A stretch of 33,567 nucleotides of DNA from a virus (lineage: Duplodnaviria > Caudoviricetes). The position numbers and the translations under genes are program-made. The notes beneath the pieces are model-generated. The model saw only the letters and a program-made list of their open reading frames with translations, had not been told where the DNA came from and did no database searches. Position 1 is the first letter of the stretch; the number at the start of each line of letters is the position of its first letter. Positions 1-8,913 of the stretch are shown here, piece by piece. The stretch lies in IMG/VR virus record IMGVR_UViG_3300018876_001979, positions 1 to 33,567 of that record; one strand, written 5' to 3'.

Positions 1-5
1 ATAAG

Positions 6-248
6 ATGGATAATGTAGTTGATAAACTAAGTGAAATGTTGGATGAAGTGGAAACAGTTAAAGAGTATTATAGTAATGAAAAGGTAATTGTTAATTCTAA
101 ACTTAAAGAGGTCGAAGACTTGATTCTACCGCTCCTAAATAATTTGATGAAGAATAAAGAAAAAGAATACATCTTCTGGCCTAATAGAGAAGCAATCATT
201 ACACAGCAGATAGAGCGTATTACGAGCATTACGAGAACAGAGATATGA
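6..248 (+). CDS. Hypothetical phage protein (80 aa)
   Basis: ORF whose stop overlaps the next start (ATGA at 245-248). The LILPLLNNL..N..KEYIFWPNR segment resembles small conserved T4-like ORFs (from memory). Confidence 0.6.
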   Translation: MDNVVDKLSEMLDEVETVKEYYSNEKVIVNSKLKEVEDLILPLLNNLMKNKEKEYIFWPNREAIITQQIERITSITRTEI

Positions 249-3013
249 AAGACACAGTAGTTTTTACATTTGGTAGATTTAATCCACCAACAACTGGACA
301 CGAAAAGTTAATAGAAAAAGTTGCCGCAGTCGCTAAAAACGAGAGTGCGGATTTTATGGTCTTTCCAAGCCATTCTCAAAATCCTAAAAAAGACCCATTA
401 ACTCATAAAGACAAAATATCGTTTATGAAAAAAATGTTTCCAAAATATTCTAGAAACATTATAAACAACAAGAAGGCAAAGACTGCAATCGATATTGCAA
501 CTATGTTATATGAAATGGGATATAAATCTTGTACTATGGTTGTAGGTGGAGATAGACTTACCGAATTTAAAACTCTACTCAACAAATATAATAGTGTCAA
601 GGGTAGACACGGTTTTTATGATTTTGAAGGTGGTATTAGTGTAGTATCTGCTGGAGAAAGAGATCCAGATGCAGAAGGTGTTACTGGTATGTCAGCATCT
701 AAAATGAGAGCAGCAGCTGCTGCAAATGATTATGATAGTTTCAAAAATGGTTTGCCTAATAAATTCGAAAAAACAACAGGTAAAAAATTGTTTGATGTTT
801 TGAGGAAGTCTATGAATATCAGTGAAGAACTTGCTACATTTTTAGATTCTGTAAACGGAGATTTATCAGAATTTTTAGAAACCGATTTTGTGGAGTGTGT
901 GGACGATGCAGATGATAACGAATTATATGAGTCAGTATACAAAGAGTTTTTTGCAGAAAGAAGAGTTGCACAAGACAAAGATATCGAAGACAGAAAAGGT
1001 ACGCAACCTAAAAAATACTACGCAAAAGATGCCGATGGCGATGAAATGTCTAAATCGACAAAACAAGCGAGAGCAAGACATTTTGCGAAGAAAAAATCAG
1101 GCCCTGCGCCAGGCGATGCAAATGCAAAAACTAAAGAATCAGAACACACCAAAAAGTACAGACAGATGTATGGTGAAGCTCTTGATAAACCTTACGCAAT
1201 AAAATGGGAATATTTAAAACCAAAAGGCCCTTCGAGCGCTATCGCAAAACTTGATGATGGTAGTGCGTTAGATATTCATATCAGTGAAGATCCAGATGGC
1301 ATTTATGAGATAGAATTTGCAAGAGGCCAATCTAAAAAGAACATGGCTCGAACTGGTCAAGGTGATGAGTTTAGAATTTTTGCAACAGTCCAAGCCGCTA
1401 TGTTAAAATGGTGGAAACAATTAGACAAAACTAGTGCCAGAAAAATAACTTTTTATGCAAATAAACAAGACGGTAATAGAGCAAGACTTTATAAAAGATT
1501 TTTAAAGATGTGGGGAGCAAAATCTAAATGGGATATCGAAGTTAATGGTAATGCCAAACCAGGCCTTGTGGCGTATACTTTAACCAATCCGACCCCTGAG
1601 AAATCCAAGAATGATAAAAAAACATTTATGCAAAAATTGTTTAGGAAAGAAGAAGTAATAGAAGAAGGCAATCAAATGGGATTGATTGGATTGAAACAGA
1701 TTAAAGCATTTGAGAAAGTAGTAGATCAACTATTTAAAAAGTTTGATATCGATTTCAATTTTACAAGACACTTTGGTGATAGAATGGATGACGATAGAAA
1801 CAATCCAAACATCACAATGAAAGAACTTGCTGATTTTATTAAGAAAGTATATGCAAAAAAGGGCAAGTCTATCAAAGGTATGGCTGGTGCTGAAGCAGTA
1901 CTAAAGGATATTCAAACTGATATCAATATTCCTGTTGCTATCACTTATGATAGAACTAATGATGAATTTGATGTTGTAATGAAAACTATCATGCGTAAGA
2001 AAAATTTCAAAACGCCTGATAAAGTTATTAAATATGAAGAAAGAGATTATAAAAAAGAGCGTGAACAGTATCATGGAACACCAGAGCAAATGGAGAAAAA
2101 CCGAGCCAGAAAACGTGCAAGATACGCAATGGAAAAGGCTGGTAAGGCAAAGCGTGGCGATGGCAAAGATGTACACCATAAAGATAATGATCCATTAAAT
2201 AACGATCCAAAAAACTTGAGTTTGGTATCTCGACATTATAATAGAAAGGAACCTAGAATGAGAAAAGAGTCTCCAGATTATATCGAAGAAATTTCTAATA
2301 TGCGCCGCATGAAATTGGTTAATAAAATCAAAAATTCTGGCGTTGTTAAAAAAGGTTCTATGTCAAAAGATGACAAAAAGAAAGACAAACAGGAAGGTGC
2401 TGGACATTCTGCTGCACAAAGAGCAGCGATAGCAATTTCTAAAAAAGAAAAGGCCGGAAAGCCAGGCTATGATTCAGAAGGTAAAAGTCTGAAAAAAGAG
2501 GCTGATGGATGCTGGAATGGATATAAACAGGTAGGTATGAAAGAGAAGAACGGTAAGATGGTTCCAAATTGTGTTCCAGAAAGCGTAGCAGAAGCACTTG
2601 CATCCAATCAAGAACTGATGAACAAAGCAGCTCTTGATGCTCTTCATAAAGTAATCAAATCTAAAGGAAACAAATCTTCATTGAAATCATATGCATTTGA
2701 TATTGCCAAATCATTCAGAGGAATGAAGGGTAAGGATTTAGAAAATTTATATAAAAAATCTATTAATGCAAATTATAAAGAAGAAACTGACCTAGAAGAA
2801 AAGAAGATTGATGGATTGGTAAAAAAAGCAGATAAGTCTGGTATTTCATATGGTATTTTAAAAAAGGTATATGATAGAGGAATGGCTGCATGGAAAACTG
2901 GCCATCGCCCAGGCACAACACCACAGCAGTGGGCGTTTGCAAGAGTCAACTCTTTTCTTACCGGCGGTGGTGCAAGAAAGGCAGATAATGACCTTTGGCA
3001 GAAACGAAAATAA
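245..3013 (+). CDS. Multidomain protein: N-terminal cytidyltransferase-like (HxGH) domain plus several modules including an HNH motif; probable packaged head polyprotein
   Basis: FTFGRFNPPTTGHEKL, VVGGDR and RDPDAEGVTGMSASKMR are typical of phage cytidyltransferases. DVHHKDNDPLNNDPKNL is HNH-like (~2168-2220). Also CWNGYKQVGMKEKNGKMVPNCVPE and a C-terminal GISYGILKKVYDRGMAAW..GHRPG..PQQWAFARVNSF module. Modules are separated by Glu-rich linkers. Confidence 0.75.
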   Translation: MKDTVVFTFGRFNPPTTGHEKLIEKVAAVAKNESADFMVFPSHSQNPKKDPLTHKDKISFMKKMFPKYSRNIINNKKAKTAIDIATMLYEMGYKSCTMVVGGDRLTEFKTLLNKYNSVKGRHGFYDFEGGISVVSAGERDPDAEGVTGMSASKMRAAAAANDYDSFKNGLPNKFEKTTGKKLFDVLRKSMNISEELATFLDSVNGDLSEFLETDFVECVDDADDNELYESVYKEFFAERRVAQDKDIEDRKGTQPKKYYAKDADGDEMSKSTKQARARHFAKKKSGPAPGDANAKTKESEHTKKYRQMYGEALDKPYAIKWEYLKPKGPSSAIAKLDDGSALDIHISEDPDGIYEIEFARGQSKKNMARTGQGDEFRIFATVQAAMLKWWKQLDKTSARKITFYANKQDGNRARLYKRFLKMWGAKSKWDIEVNGNAKPGLVAYTLTNPTPEKSKNDKKTFMQKLFRKEEVIEEGNQMGLIGLKQIKAFEKVVDQLFKKFDIDFNFTRHFGDRMDDDRNNPNITMKELADFIKKVYAKKGKSIKGMAGAEAVLKDIQTDINIPVAITYDRTNDEFDVVMKTIMRKKNFKTPDKVIKYEERDYKKEREQYHGTPEQMEKNRARKRARYAMEKAGKAKRGDGKDVHHKDNDPLNNDPKNLSLVSRHYNRKEPRMRKESPDYIEEISNMRRMKLVNKIKNSGVVKKGSMSKDDKKKDKQEGAGHSAAQRAAIAISKKEKAGKPGYDSEGKSLKKEADGCWNGYKQVGMKEKNGKMVPNCVPESVAEALASNQELMNKAALDALHKVIKSKGNKSSLKSYAFDIAKSFRGMKGKDLENLYKKSINANYKEETDLEEKKIDGLVKKADKSGISYGILKKVYDRGMAAWKTGHRPGTTPQQWAFARVNSFLTGGGARKADNDLWQKRK

Positions 3014-3015
3014 AT

Positions 3016-3023
3016 TATAAATA
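3016..3023 (+). promoter_or_regulatory. T4-type late promoter TATAAATA
   Basis: Exact T4 gp55 late consensus in the intergenic gap, 24 nt before the ATG at 3048, followed by a GGAG SD. Confidence 0.75.
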
Positions 3024-3047
3024 GTACAAAAACAATCGGAGAACCCA

Positions 3048-5468
3048 ATGTCTAGAAAAGATATTCCAGAAGAAATTTTAGATGATGATGTTGCAGATTT
3101 CATCGGCGCAGCATCTGCAGCAAAAAGAGCAGGTAAGAAGAAGTTCACCTTTGGCGGAAAAGAATATCCAGTAACTATCAGCGGTGATGTTGCAAAACAA
3201 GTAGAAGAAAAACTTCCATGTCCTAGCTGTAACGGTAAGGGTTGCGAACTTTGTAAAAATAAAGGCAATCTTGAAGGTAAAGGTGTTAAAGATGCAGAAG
3301 GTGTTACAACATCTGCAAAAATGGGAGATGCGAAATCAGAAGAACTTACATCAGATGCAAGACGCAAAGCATTCAGAGAGAAGCTTTTAAAATTGGGTTA
3401 TAAAAAGAAAACCAATGAAGAACGCCTATTGGAAAAAATGGGTAAATCGTCAACTGGATATGAACTATATCATAAAGATTTTTCTAGTGCAATGAAACAT
3501 GCATATGATTTTGCTAAGAAAAAGTTTGGAATCGAAATTGATCCAGATGAAATTGACGATAAAGTTGCCATGGGCCCTAAAAAACCATCTAATGGAAAAA
3601 CTAATTCGTATCGTTTGATGGGTACTGATAAGAAGGGTAAATCTAGAGGCGTTCAAATTCAAGTTGCAAACTTGGATAATAAAAAATATGAACTTAATAT
3701 GTATAAAGAAGAAGTCGAATTGGAAGAAGCCAAGGACGAATTCGAACCACATATGATGTATGATCCAAAGACAGGCAAAGGTTACAAAGCAGAAAAACCA
3801 GAAGATCATGAACGCATGAAAAAACTGGGATATTCTCACGAAAAACCAGAAATGAATGAAGCAATGAAAAACACTCATGCACTAATCGATACTGCAGACG
3901 GTAACAAAGTTGTTGCAATGGCATCTAGTGAAAAGGGTGTTAAGCAGTCTAGATCTTCTGCACATTTGCCACCTATGTCGATCAAGAATAAGAACACCTT
4001 AAAGATTGTTACTCTTACAAAACCACAGAGCCAAAAAGCATCCGAAAAAATGATTGGAAGAGCCTTACCGTCAAATATGGATAAGTTTCCAACTAATGTT
4101 AGTGCATCTCAGGGCAAGAGAATGGGGGAACAACTTCTTGCAACAATCAGAGCAAAACATAAACAAGAAGATCTGGAAGAGAACAAAAAATCTGCCCTAG
4201 CGAAAAAACTTGCGAAGGCCTCTGCTGTTACTAAAAAGGGTAAAGATAAAGTAACTTTGAAGAAAGCTCCTTGGGATAAAAAAGAAGAAGTCCAAGAGAC
4301 ACCTTTAGACGAAGGTAAAATGTCACCAGATCAGATTGCAAAACTGAAACAGGGTTACGAGTCTTTAAGAGGTAAAAAAATCTCAGCTCAAATGGGAATG
4401 AAAATTTCTAGGGAACTTGAAAAGTTGGACAAGAGTGCAGCAATGGAAATCGCAAAGGCAGATATTCCTTTTGTATCCACACTTGCAATTAATAAACTGA
4501 TGATGAATTTTAATATGTCAGGTTCTGCAATTAGAAAACTCATTGGTGAATCAGTAGAAGAACTTGTAGAGTTGACAAAGGCAGAAAAAGATCTTATCTC
4601 TAAGATGTACGATAAAAAAGGTAATCTAACGCCGCTAGGTAAGAAGGTTATGGACCATGGAAAAACAGAAGAACTTTCACCAAAACAAAAGAAAATAGAT
4701 TCTAATAAAAATGGAAAAATTGACGGTTCCGATCTTGCAAAATTGAGAACTAAGAAAGAAGAAGTTGAGATGACTGAGGCTGAGGGTGGTATGAAACTTT
4801 TAGATGCTGCTTCAGAATTAGAAAAGTATGCAAAAAAGAATGGTGGTATTGATAAAAAAGACTTTATGAAGGCTGTTCAAATGCTGAAAAAAGGACTTAC
4901 TTCTAAATTAGTTCAATTCGTAGATAATTTGGACACAGAACCAAGAGAAAAGATTGTTGATGTAGTTGCAAATCATATTGGTGTTAAAGCAACAGAAAAA
5001 ATGTTTAAAGTAAGATTTAACAATAGAAGTGAAGAAGTTGAGCTTGATGAAGGTAGAAAACAAATTCTTGCACATGGTGGAAAGGGTCAATATAAAGTAG
5101 TCAGTACTGATGGTGCAGTCGATGTTGTTTTCAAGGGTAAGGTAGTAGGTAAAGGTGACTATGATAGAGGTGCAGATTCTTTCTTTATCAGTATGAAGGG
5201 TCAAAAAGGACAAAAATCTTTTGATGACGCTCAAGATATCGCCGATTATTTTGCAAAAAATAAAATTAAAGAAGATATGGACACATTTGATGTAGAAGCA
5301 CTAATCGAATCTGCTGACAAAAAAGATGCAGCAGAAATGAAAGAAATAGTCCTTGCAATGAACCCTAAATATAACACCAAGCAAGTACAACAAGAAGTAG
5401 AAAAAATGGCGATGGAAAAATATAAAAATAAAACCAGAGCTAAGAAAATTGCTAGTCACGTAAAATAG
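3048..5468 (+). CDS. Lys/Glu-rich modular protein, probable internal head (prohead-protease-processed) polyprotein
   Basis: Late promoter upstream. Recurring linkers KEEVELEE, KEEVQETPLDE, KEEVEMTE, SEEVELDE. CPSCNGKGCELC zinc-finger-like motif (~3219-3254). EF-hand-like loop DSNKNGKIDGSDL (~4698-4736). Confidence 0.6.
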   Translation: MSRKDIPEEILDDDVADFIGAASAAKRAGKKKFTFGGKEYPVTISGDVAKQVEEKLPCPSCNGKGCELCKNKGNLEGKGVKDAEGVTTSAKMGDAKSEELTSDARRKAFREKLLKLGYKKKTNEERLLEKMGKSSTGYELYHKDFSSAMKHAYDFAKKKFGIEIDPDEIDDKVAMGPKKPSNGKTNSYRLMGTDKKGKSRGVQIQVANLDNKKYELNMYKEEVELEEAKDEFEPHMMYDPKTGKGYKAEKPEDHERMKKLGYSHEKPEMNEAMKNTHALIDTADGNKVVAMASSEKGVKQSRSSAHLPPMSIKNKNTLKIVTLTKPQSQKASEKMIGRALPSNMDKFPTNVSASQGKRMGEQLLATIRAKHKQEDLEENKKSALAKKLAKASAVTKKGKDKVTLKKAPWDKKEEVQETPLDEGKMSPDQIAKLKQGYESLRGKKISAQMGMKISRELEKLDKSAAMEIAKADIPFVSTLAINKLMMNFNMSGSAIRKLIGESVEELVELTKAEKDLISKMYDKKGNLTPLGKKVMDHGKTEELSPKQKKIDSNKNGKIDGSDLAKLRTKKEEVEMTEAEGGMKLLDAASELEKYAKKNGGIDKKDFMKAVQMLKKGLTSKLVQFVDNLDTEPREKIVDVVANHIGVKATEKMFKVRFNNRSEEVELDEGRKQILAHGGKGQYKVVSTDGAVDVVFKGKVVGKGDYDRGADSFFISMKGQKGQKSFDDAQDIADYFAKNKIKEDMDTFDVEALIESADKKDAAEMKEIVLAMNPKYNTKQVQQEVEKMAMEKYKNKTRAKKIASHVK

Positions 5469-5478
5469 GAGAACTAAA

Positions 5479-5694
5479 ATGTCACTACCAAAATGGGCAA
5501 CCCCAGCAAAATGGATGAAGGATGCAGTAGCAACTGACCGTGGTTGGGTAAACGAAAAAACTGGTGAAATGTACAAGGCGCACAGAGATTTGAAAACTAA
5601 AATCGCTGCTCTCGCACCTAAGAAAACAAAACCAGCACCAGCACCGGCTGCAGAAGCACCAAAGAAGAAGACTTCTAAGAAAAAAGAAGACTAA
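5479..5694 (+). CDS. Small basic hypothetical protein with Lys/Pro/Ala-rich tail
   Basis: AGGAGA SD upstream. DAVATDRGWV..KTGE core with a histone-like KKTKPAPAPAAEAPKKK tail. Confidence 0.7.
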   Translation: MSLPKWATPAKWMKDAVATDRGWVNEKTGEMYKAHRDLKTKIAALAPKKTKPAPAPAAEAPKKKTSKKKED

Positions 5695-5715
5695 TATATA
5701 ATTTAAAGAGTAATA

Positions 5716-6114
5716 ATGGATAACTTTGAAATTTTGAATGAAAACAATGTTTTCAACTACCAAATGAAATCTTATGATAATCCACAGTGTCATAGCATGG
5801 AAGAGTTTCTTGACGATATGAAACGTATCAAATATGTCAAGAGACTCTTTCACAAATATCATACTAAAGATGTATTGAAAGAAAGATTAATTATAAATCA
5901 CTTGGTCGTGTTGTTTAATGTTTTGGGAAACGAACCTTGTAATAGGATATTGTTCTTGAAGATTGATAAAAGTCAACACTACATACTGGCTAGTTTTCTA
6001 TCTTGGTTAAATAAATTGCCAGATGTGGTTGTAGGAATAGAAGGCCGAATGATAAATTTAGAAGACATTGTTCTTGATAAATATATATTAGACACACTAG
6101 AGAGAAAAATTTAA
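5716..6114 (+). CDS. Conserved T4-like hypothetical protein
   Basis: YDNPQC...EEF.DD.KRIKY.KRL...ERLIINH pattern, recalled from marine T4-like phages. Confidence 0.7.
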   Translation: MDNFEILNENNVFNYQMKSYDNPQCHSMEEFLDDMKRIKYVKRLFHKYHTKDVLKERLIINHLVVLFNVLGNEPCNRILFLKIDKSQHYILASFLSWLNKLPDVVVGIEGRMINLEDIVLDKYILDTLERKI

Positions 6115-6761
6115 TGGCCTCTGTATTTAACGCATATCTTGCATATCAGTTTATAAAACTTCTGACAACGCCTTGGGAAGAAACCGAAGCGTTCAAGAAT
6201 GGTGTGATCGATGCAACTGGTAAGCAGTTAAAAAAGACAGGAGAGTTAAAGACTCAAGAACAAAAAAAGTCTTTTACTATTTTCCATAAAATTATTTTTA
6301 ACTTGAAAAGAATATTATCAAAATTTCCGGGCGGCAAATCTAGAATTGCATCCTATGCAGCTGCAATGGCACTCTTAAAGGAAAACAGGGAAAACCTGAG
6401 AGAAGATGATCTAGAGTTATTAGAAAATCTTTTGATTGATTATATCAATAAACAAGAAGAAAACTTATATGAGAGTGGTATGTTAATGGAAGACATTGCC
6501 AACTCCGTTGGAGATGCATCTAATTTAGGTAACTTTATACAAGATCCATATAAGTTTTCTGGAATGAAAATATTTAAAGTAGATCCTGATAGCTATAGTA
6601 AATTTATGAAAGGTAAGAAGAAATATTCTAGATGGGATGCATTTATTCGTAGAGAAGATGCTATACATATCCGTCAATATATTAAAAATAACCCGAAGAA
6701 ACGAATTGTCCTACAGGATGAAAAATTTGGAAGTATGATTATTTTACAAAGAGATTTATGA
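6114..6761 (+). CDS. Conserved T4-like hypothetical protein
   Basis: AYQFIKLLTTPWEETEAFKNGVIDATG N-terminus. Translationally coupled (TAATG) to the upstream gene. Confidence 0.7.
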   Translation: MASVFNAYLAYQFIKLLTTPWEETEAFKNGVIDATGKQLKKTGELKTQEQKKSFTIFHKIIFNLKRILSKFPGGKSRIASYAAAMALLKENRENLREDDLELLENLLIDYINKQEENLYESGMLMEDIANSVGDASNLGNFIQDPYKFSGMKIFKVDPDSYSKFMKGKKKYSRWDAFIRREDAIHIRQYIKNNPKKRIVLQDEKFGSMIILQRDL

Positions 6762-7150
6762 TGTTTGGTGTATTGAATGGTGCAAAAATTGCAGTACTAG
6801 TTGCCACAGCAACAGCGGTAGGTATAGGTTATTGGTACATACAAAAATTACAAACAGACTTAAAAATCATGCAACAAAACCAAGTTGTTTTGGAAACTGC
6901 TGTAGAATCTAAATCTTCTGAGATTGAAAGATTGAATGAGAATATTCAAGAAATCAAAGAAGTAAACACCCGAATAAAAACTCAAAGTGATGCATTGAAT
7001 GCAGAAGTTTCTACGCTTAGAAATAAGTTGTCGGAACATGATTTGGGGTTTTTGGCGGAAAATAAACCTGGCCTTATTGAAAAGATCATAAATAAAGACA
7101 TACAGAAAAACCTTAGAGAAGGTTTAAAAGAGATTATGGAAAATGACTGA
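6758..7150 (+). CDS. Putative inner-membrane spanin (Rz-like)
   Basis: Single N-terminal TM helix (IAVLVATATAVGIGYWYI) followed by a long coiled coil. Immediately precedes a lipoprotein gene. Confidence 0.6.
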   Translation: MMFGVLNGAKIAVLVATATAVGIGYWYIQKLQTDLKIMQQNQVVLETAVESKSSEIERLNENIQEIKEVNTRIKTQSDALNAEVSTLRNKLSEHDLGFLAENKPGLIEKIINKDIQKNLREGLKEIMEND

Positions 7151-7503
7151 TGAATAAATATATTTTAATACCAATTATATTAATGTTAAGTGCTTGTACT
7201 AGTTTTAATGAAGAAAAGATTGTAACACAAGAAGTCTATATAGAAAAGACGCCATTAGATTTAAACATGCCGTCTTCTGTTGAGTGGAGAGATTTTGAAT
7301 TCGTTGTAGTAACACCAGATAATTATGAAGAAGTTTTGAAAGAATTAAGAGATAGCGGAAAGAGTACTGCTCTGTTTGCATTGAACGAAGATTCTTATGA
7401 GAACTTATCTATTGTAGTTACTGATATGAAACGGTATATGGGCGAACAAAAAGTTATTATCATGGAATATAAAAATTATTATGAAAAAGAAAATAAGGAA
7501 TAA
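7150..7503 (+). CDS. Putative outer-membrane lipoprotein spanin (Rz1-like)
   Basis: Lipoprotein signal MNKYILIPIILMLSA-C (lipobox LSAC). TGATG coupling with the upstream TM/coiled-coil gene. Confidence 0.6.
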   Translation: MNKYILIPIILMLSACTSFNEEKIVTQEVYIEKTPLDLNMPSSVEWRDFEFVVVTPDNYEEVLKELRDSGKSTALFALNEDSYENLSIVVTDMKRYMGEQKVIIMEYKNYYEKENKE

Positions 7504-7506
7504 AAG

Positions 7507-7797
7507 ATGGATACTCAAAGTCCACAGGCTACTCGTTTAGATAGAATTGAAGAAAAAATTGATCGCTTATCAGAAGCGATGATTTCAATTGCTCGCGCTG
7601 AAGAAAAACTTGTAGCAATGGAAGCAAAATATTCTCATCAATATGACAGAATGAATCGGTTTTCTGAAAAATTGGATACGCTGACTATCAAAGTTGAAGA
7701 GAATGCTAGAACATCTGCTGTATTTCAGAAGGCCTTTTGGGTATTTTTCACTGCACTGATCGGCGGACTTGTTGCAAATTTTTATATGATGACCTAA
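7507..7797 (+). CDS. Coiled-coil protein with C-terminal TM helix (holin/XhlA-like)
   Basis: RLDRIEEKIDRL heptads, then hydrophobic AFWVFFTALIGGLVANFYMM. Adjacent to the candidate spanins. Confidence 0.45.
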   Translation: MDTQSPQATRLDRIEEKIDRLSEAMISIARAEEKLVAMEAKYSHQYDRMNRFSEKLDTLTIKVEENARTSAVFQKAFWVFFTALIGGLVANFYMMT

Positions 7798-7807
7798 TAG
7801 AAAAATC

Positions 7808-7836
7808 TTGACATATCCCATCAAATAGTGTATTAT
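7808..7836 (+). promoter_or_regulatory. Sigma70-type early promoter (TTGACA-N17-TATTAT) for the primase/RNR block
   Basis: TTGACA 7808-7813, 17-nt spacer, TATTAT 7831-7836. Confidence 0.8.
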
Positions 7837-7859
7837 CTACTTTATACATGTAAAGTGGA
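7836..7859 (+). promoter_or_regulatory. Hairpin able to sequester the primase ribosome-binding site
   Basis: TCTACTTTA (7836-7844) pairs with TAAAGTGGA (7851-7859), 9 bp with one G-U. The 3' arm contains most of the GTGGAG SD. Confidence 0.45.
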
Positions 7860-7862
7860 GTT

Positions 7863-8876
7863 GTGATGCTGTATATCGATAGAGCTTATATTCAAAGATT
7901 ATCCCCACAATTAGAAGGTTTTGTGCAGAAGAAGAATAATCTGTATAATTGTCGTTGTCCGTTGTGTGGTGATTCTCAGAAAAAAACCTACAAAATGCGT
8001 GGGTTTATTTACGAAAAAAAGAATAACTTTAGATATATGTGTCACAACTGCGGCGCTGGCATGTCTTTCGCCAATTTCTTAAAAAGCCAGAATGTATCTT
8101 TGTATGAAGAATATGTAATGGAAAAGTGGAAAGAGGGTAAGGCAAACGCAGGCTCACACAATCACGAAAAAGAAGTTAAATATGACTTTGATTTTAAACC
8201 TAAGTTTTCTACGAAATGTCAGTTTGATTATGGAGAAAGATTGACTGATCTTCATACATCACATCCGGCTAGGCATTATTGCGATAAGAGAAAACTTCCA
8301 AAACTAGATGTTCTTTACTATACACCAGATTTTAAATTTGTTGTGGATAAAGTATCAAAAGGACATAACATACCAAAAAATGAAAAACGAATTGTAATAC
8401 CTTTTTTCAATGAAAAGTGTGAACTTATTGCTTTACAGGGTAGAAGTCTAGATCCAAAAAATTCATTGAGATATATCACTATTAAGGTTAAAGATGTTCC
8501 TAAAGTATATGGACTAGATAGAATAGATCCAGAAAAAACAGTGTATATAACCGAGGGCCCATTCGATTCTCTCTTTTTGGATAACTCTTTGGCCATGGCG
8601 GGCAGTGATGTAGACAAATCTTACTTTTCATCATTTTCGGATATAGTTTTTATATACGATAATGAACCAAGAAATCGTGAAATTGTCAAAAAAATCGAGA
8701 GTACTATTGATGCTGGTTTCTCTGTTTTTCTGTGGCCAGAAAAAATTAAAGAAAAAGATATTAATGATGTAATACTGTCAGGAATGGACACATTAGAATT
8801 GCAGAGCATTATAAGTAAGAATACCCATAAAAGTTTGGAAGCCAAACTCAAGTTGGCATCTTGGAAAAGATGTTAA
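7863..8876 (+). CDS. gp61: DNA primase (T4 gp61-like)
   Basis: Zinc ribbon CRCPLCGDS...YMCHNCG; RIVIPFF...LQGRSL; TOPRIM YITEGPFDSLF and YDNEPRN; KDINDVI. Start is GTG 7863 or ATG 7866. Confidence 0.95.
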   Translation: MMLYIDRAYIQRLSPQLEGFVQKKNNLYNCRCPLCGDSQKKTYKMRGFIYEKKNNFRYMCHNCGAGMSFANFLKSQNVSLYEEYVMEKWKEGKANAGSHNHEKEVKYDFDFKPKFSTKCQFDYGERLTDLHTSHPARHYCDKRKLPKLDVLYYTPDFKFVVDKVSKGHNIPKNEKRIVIPFFNEKCELIALQGRSLDPKNSLRYITIKVKDVPKVYGLDRIDPEKTVYITEGPFDSLFLDNSLAMAGSDVDKSYFSSFSDIVFIYDNEPRNREIVKKIESTIDAGFSVFLWPEKIKEKDINDVILSGMDTLELQSIISKNTHKSLEAKLKLASWKRC

Positions 8877-8913
8877 AAAATCATAAAAATACAATATATA
8901 AAGAGGAAAAGAG

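Noticed and set aside
2039-2260. HNH motif as a free-standing homing endonuclease, intein or intron
   Set aside because: It is in frame within the 922-aa ORF, short, and lacks intein splice-junction residues or any frame break suggesting an intron.
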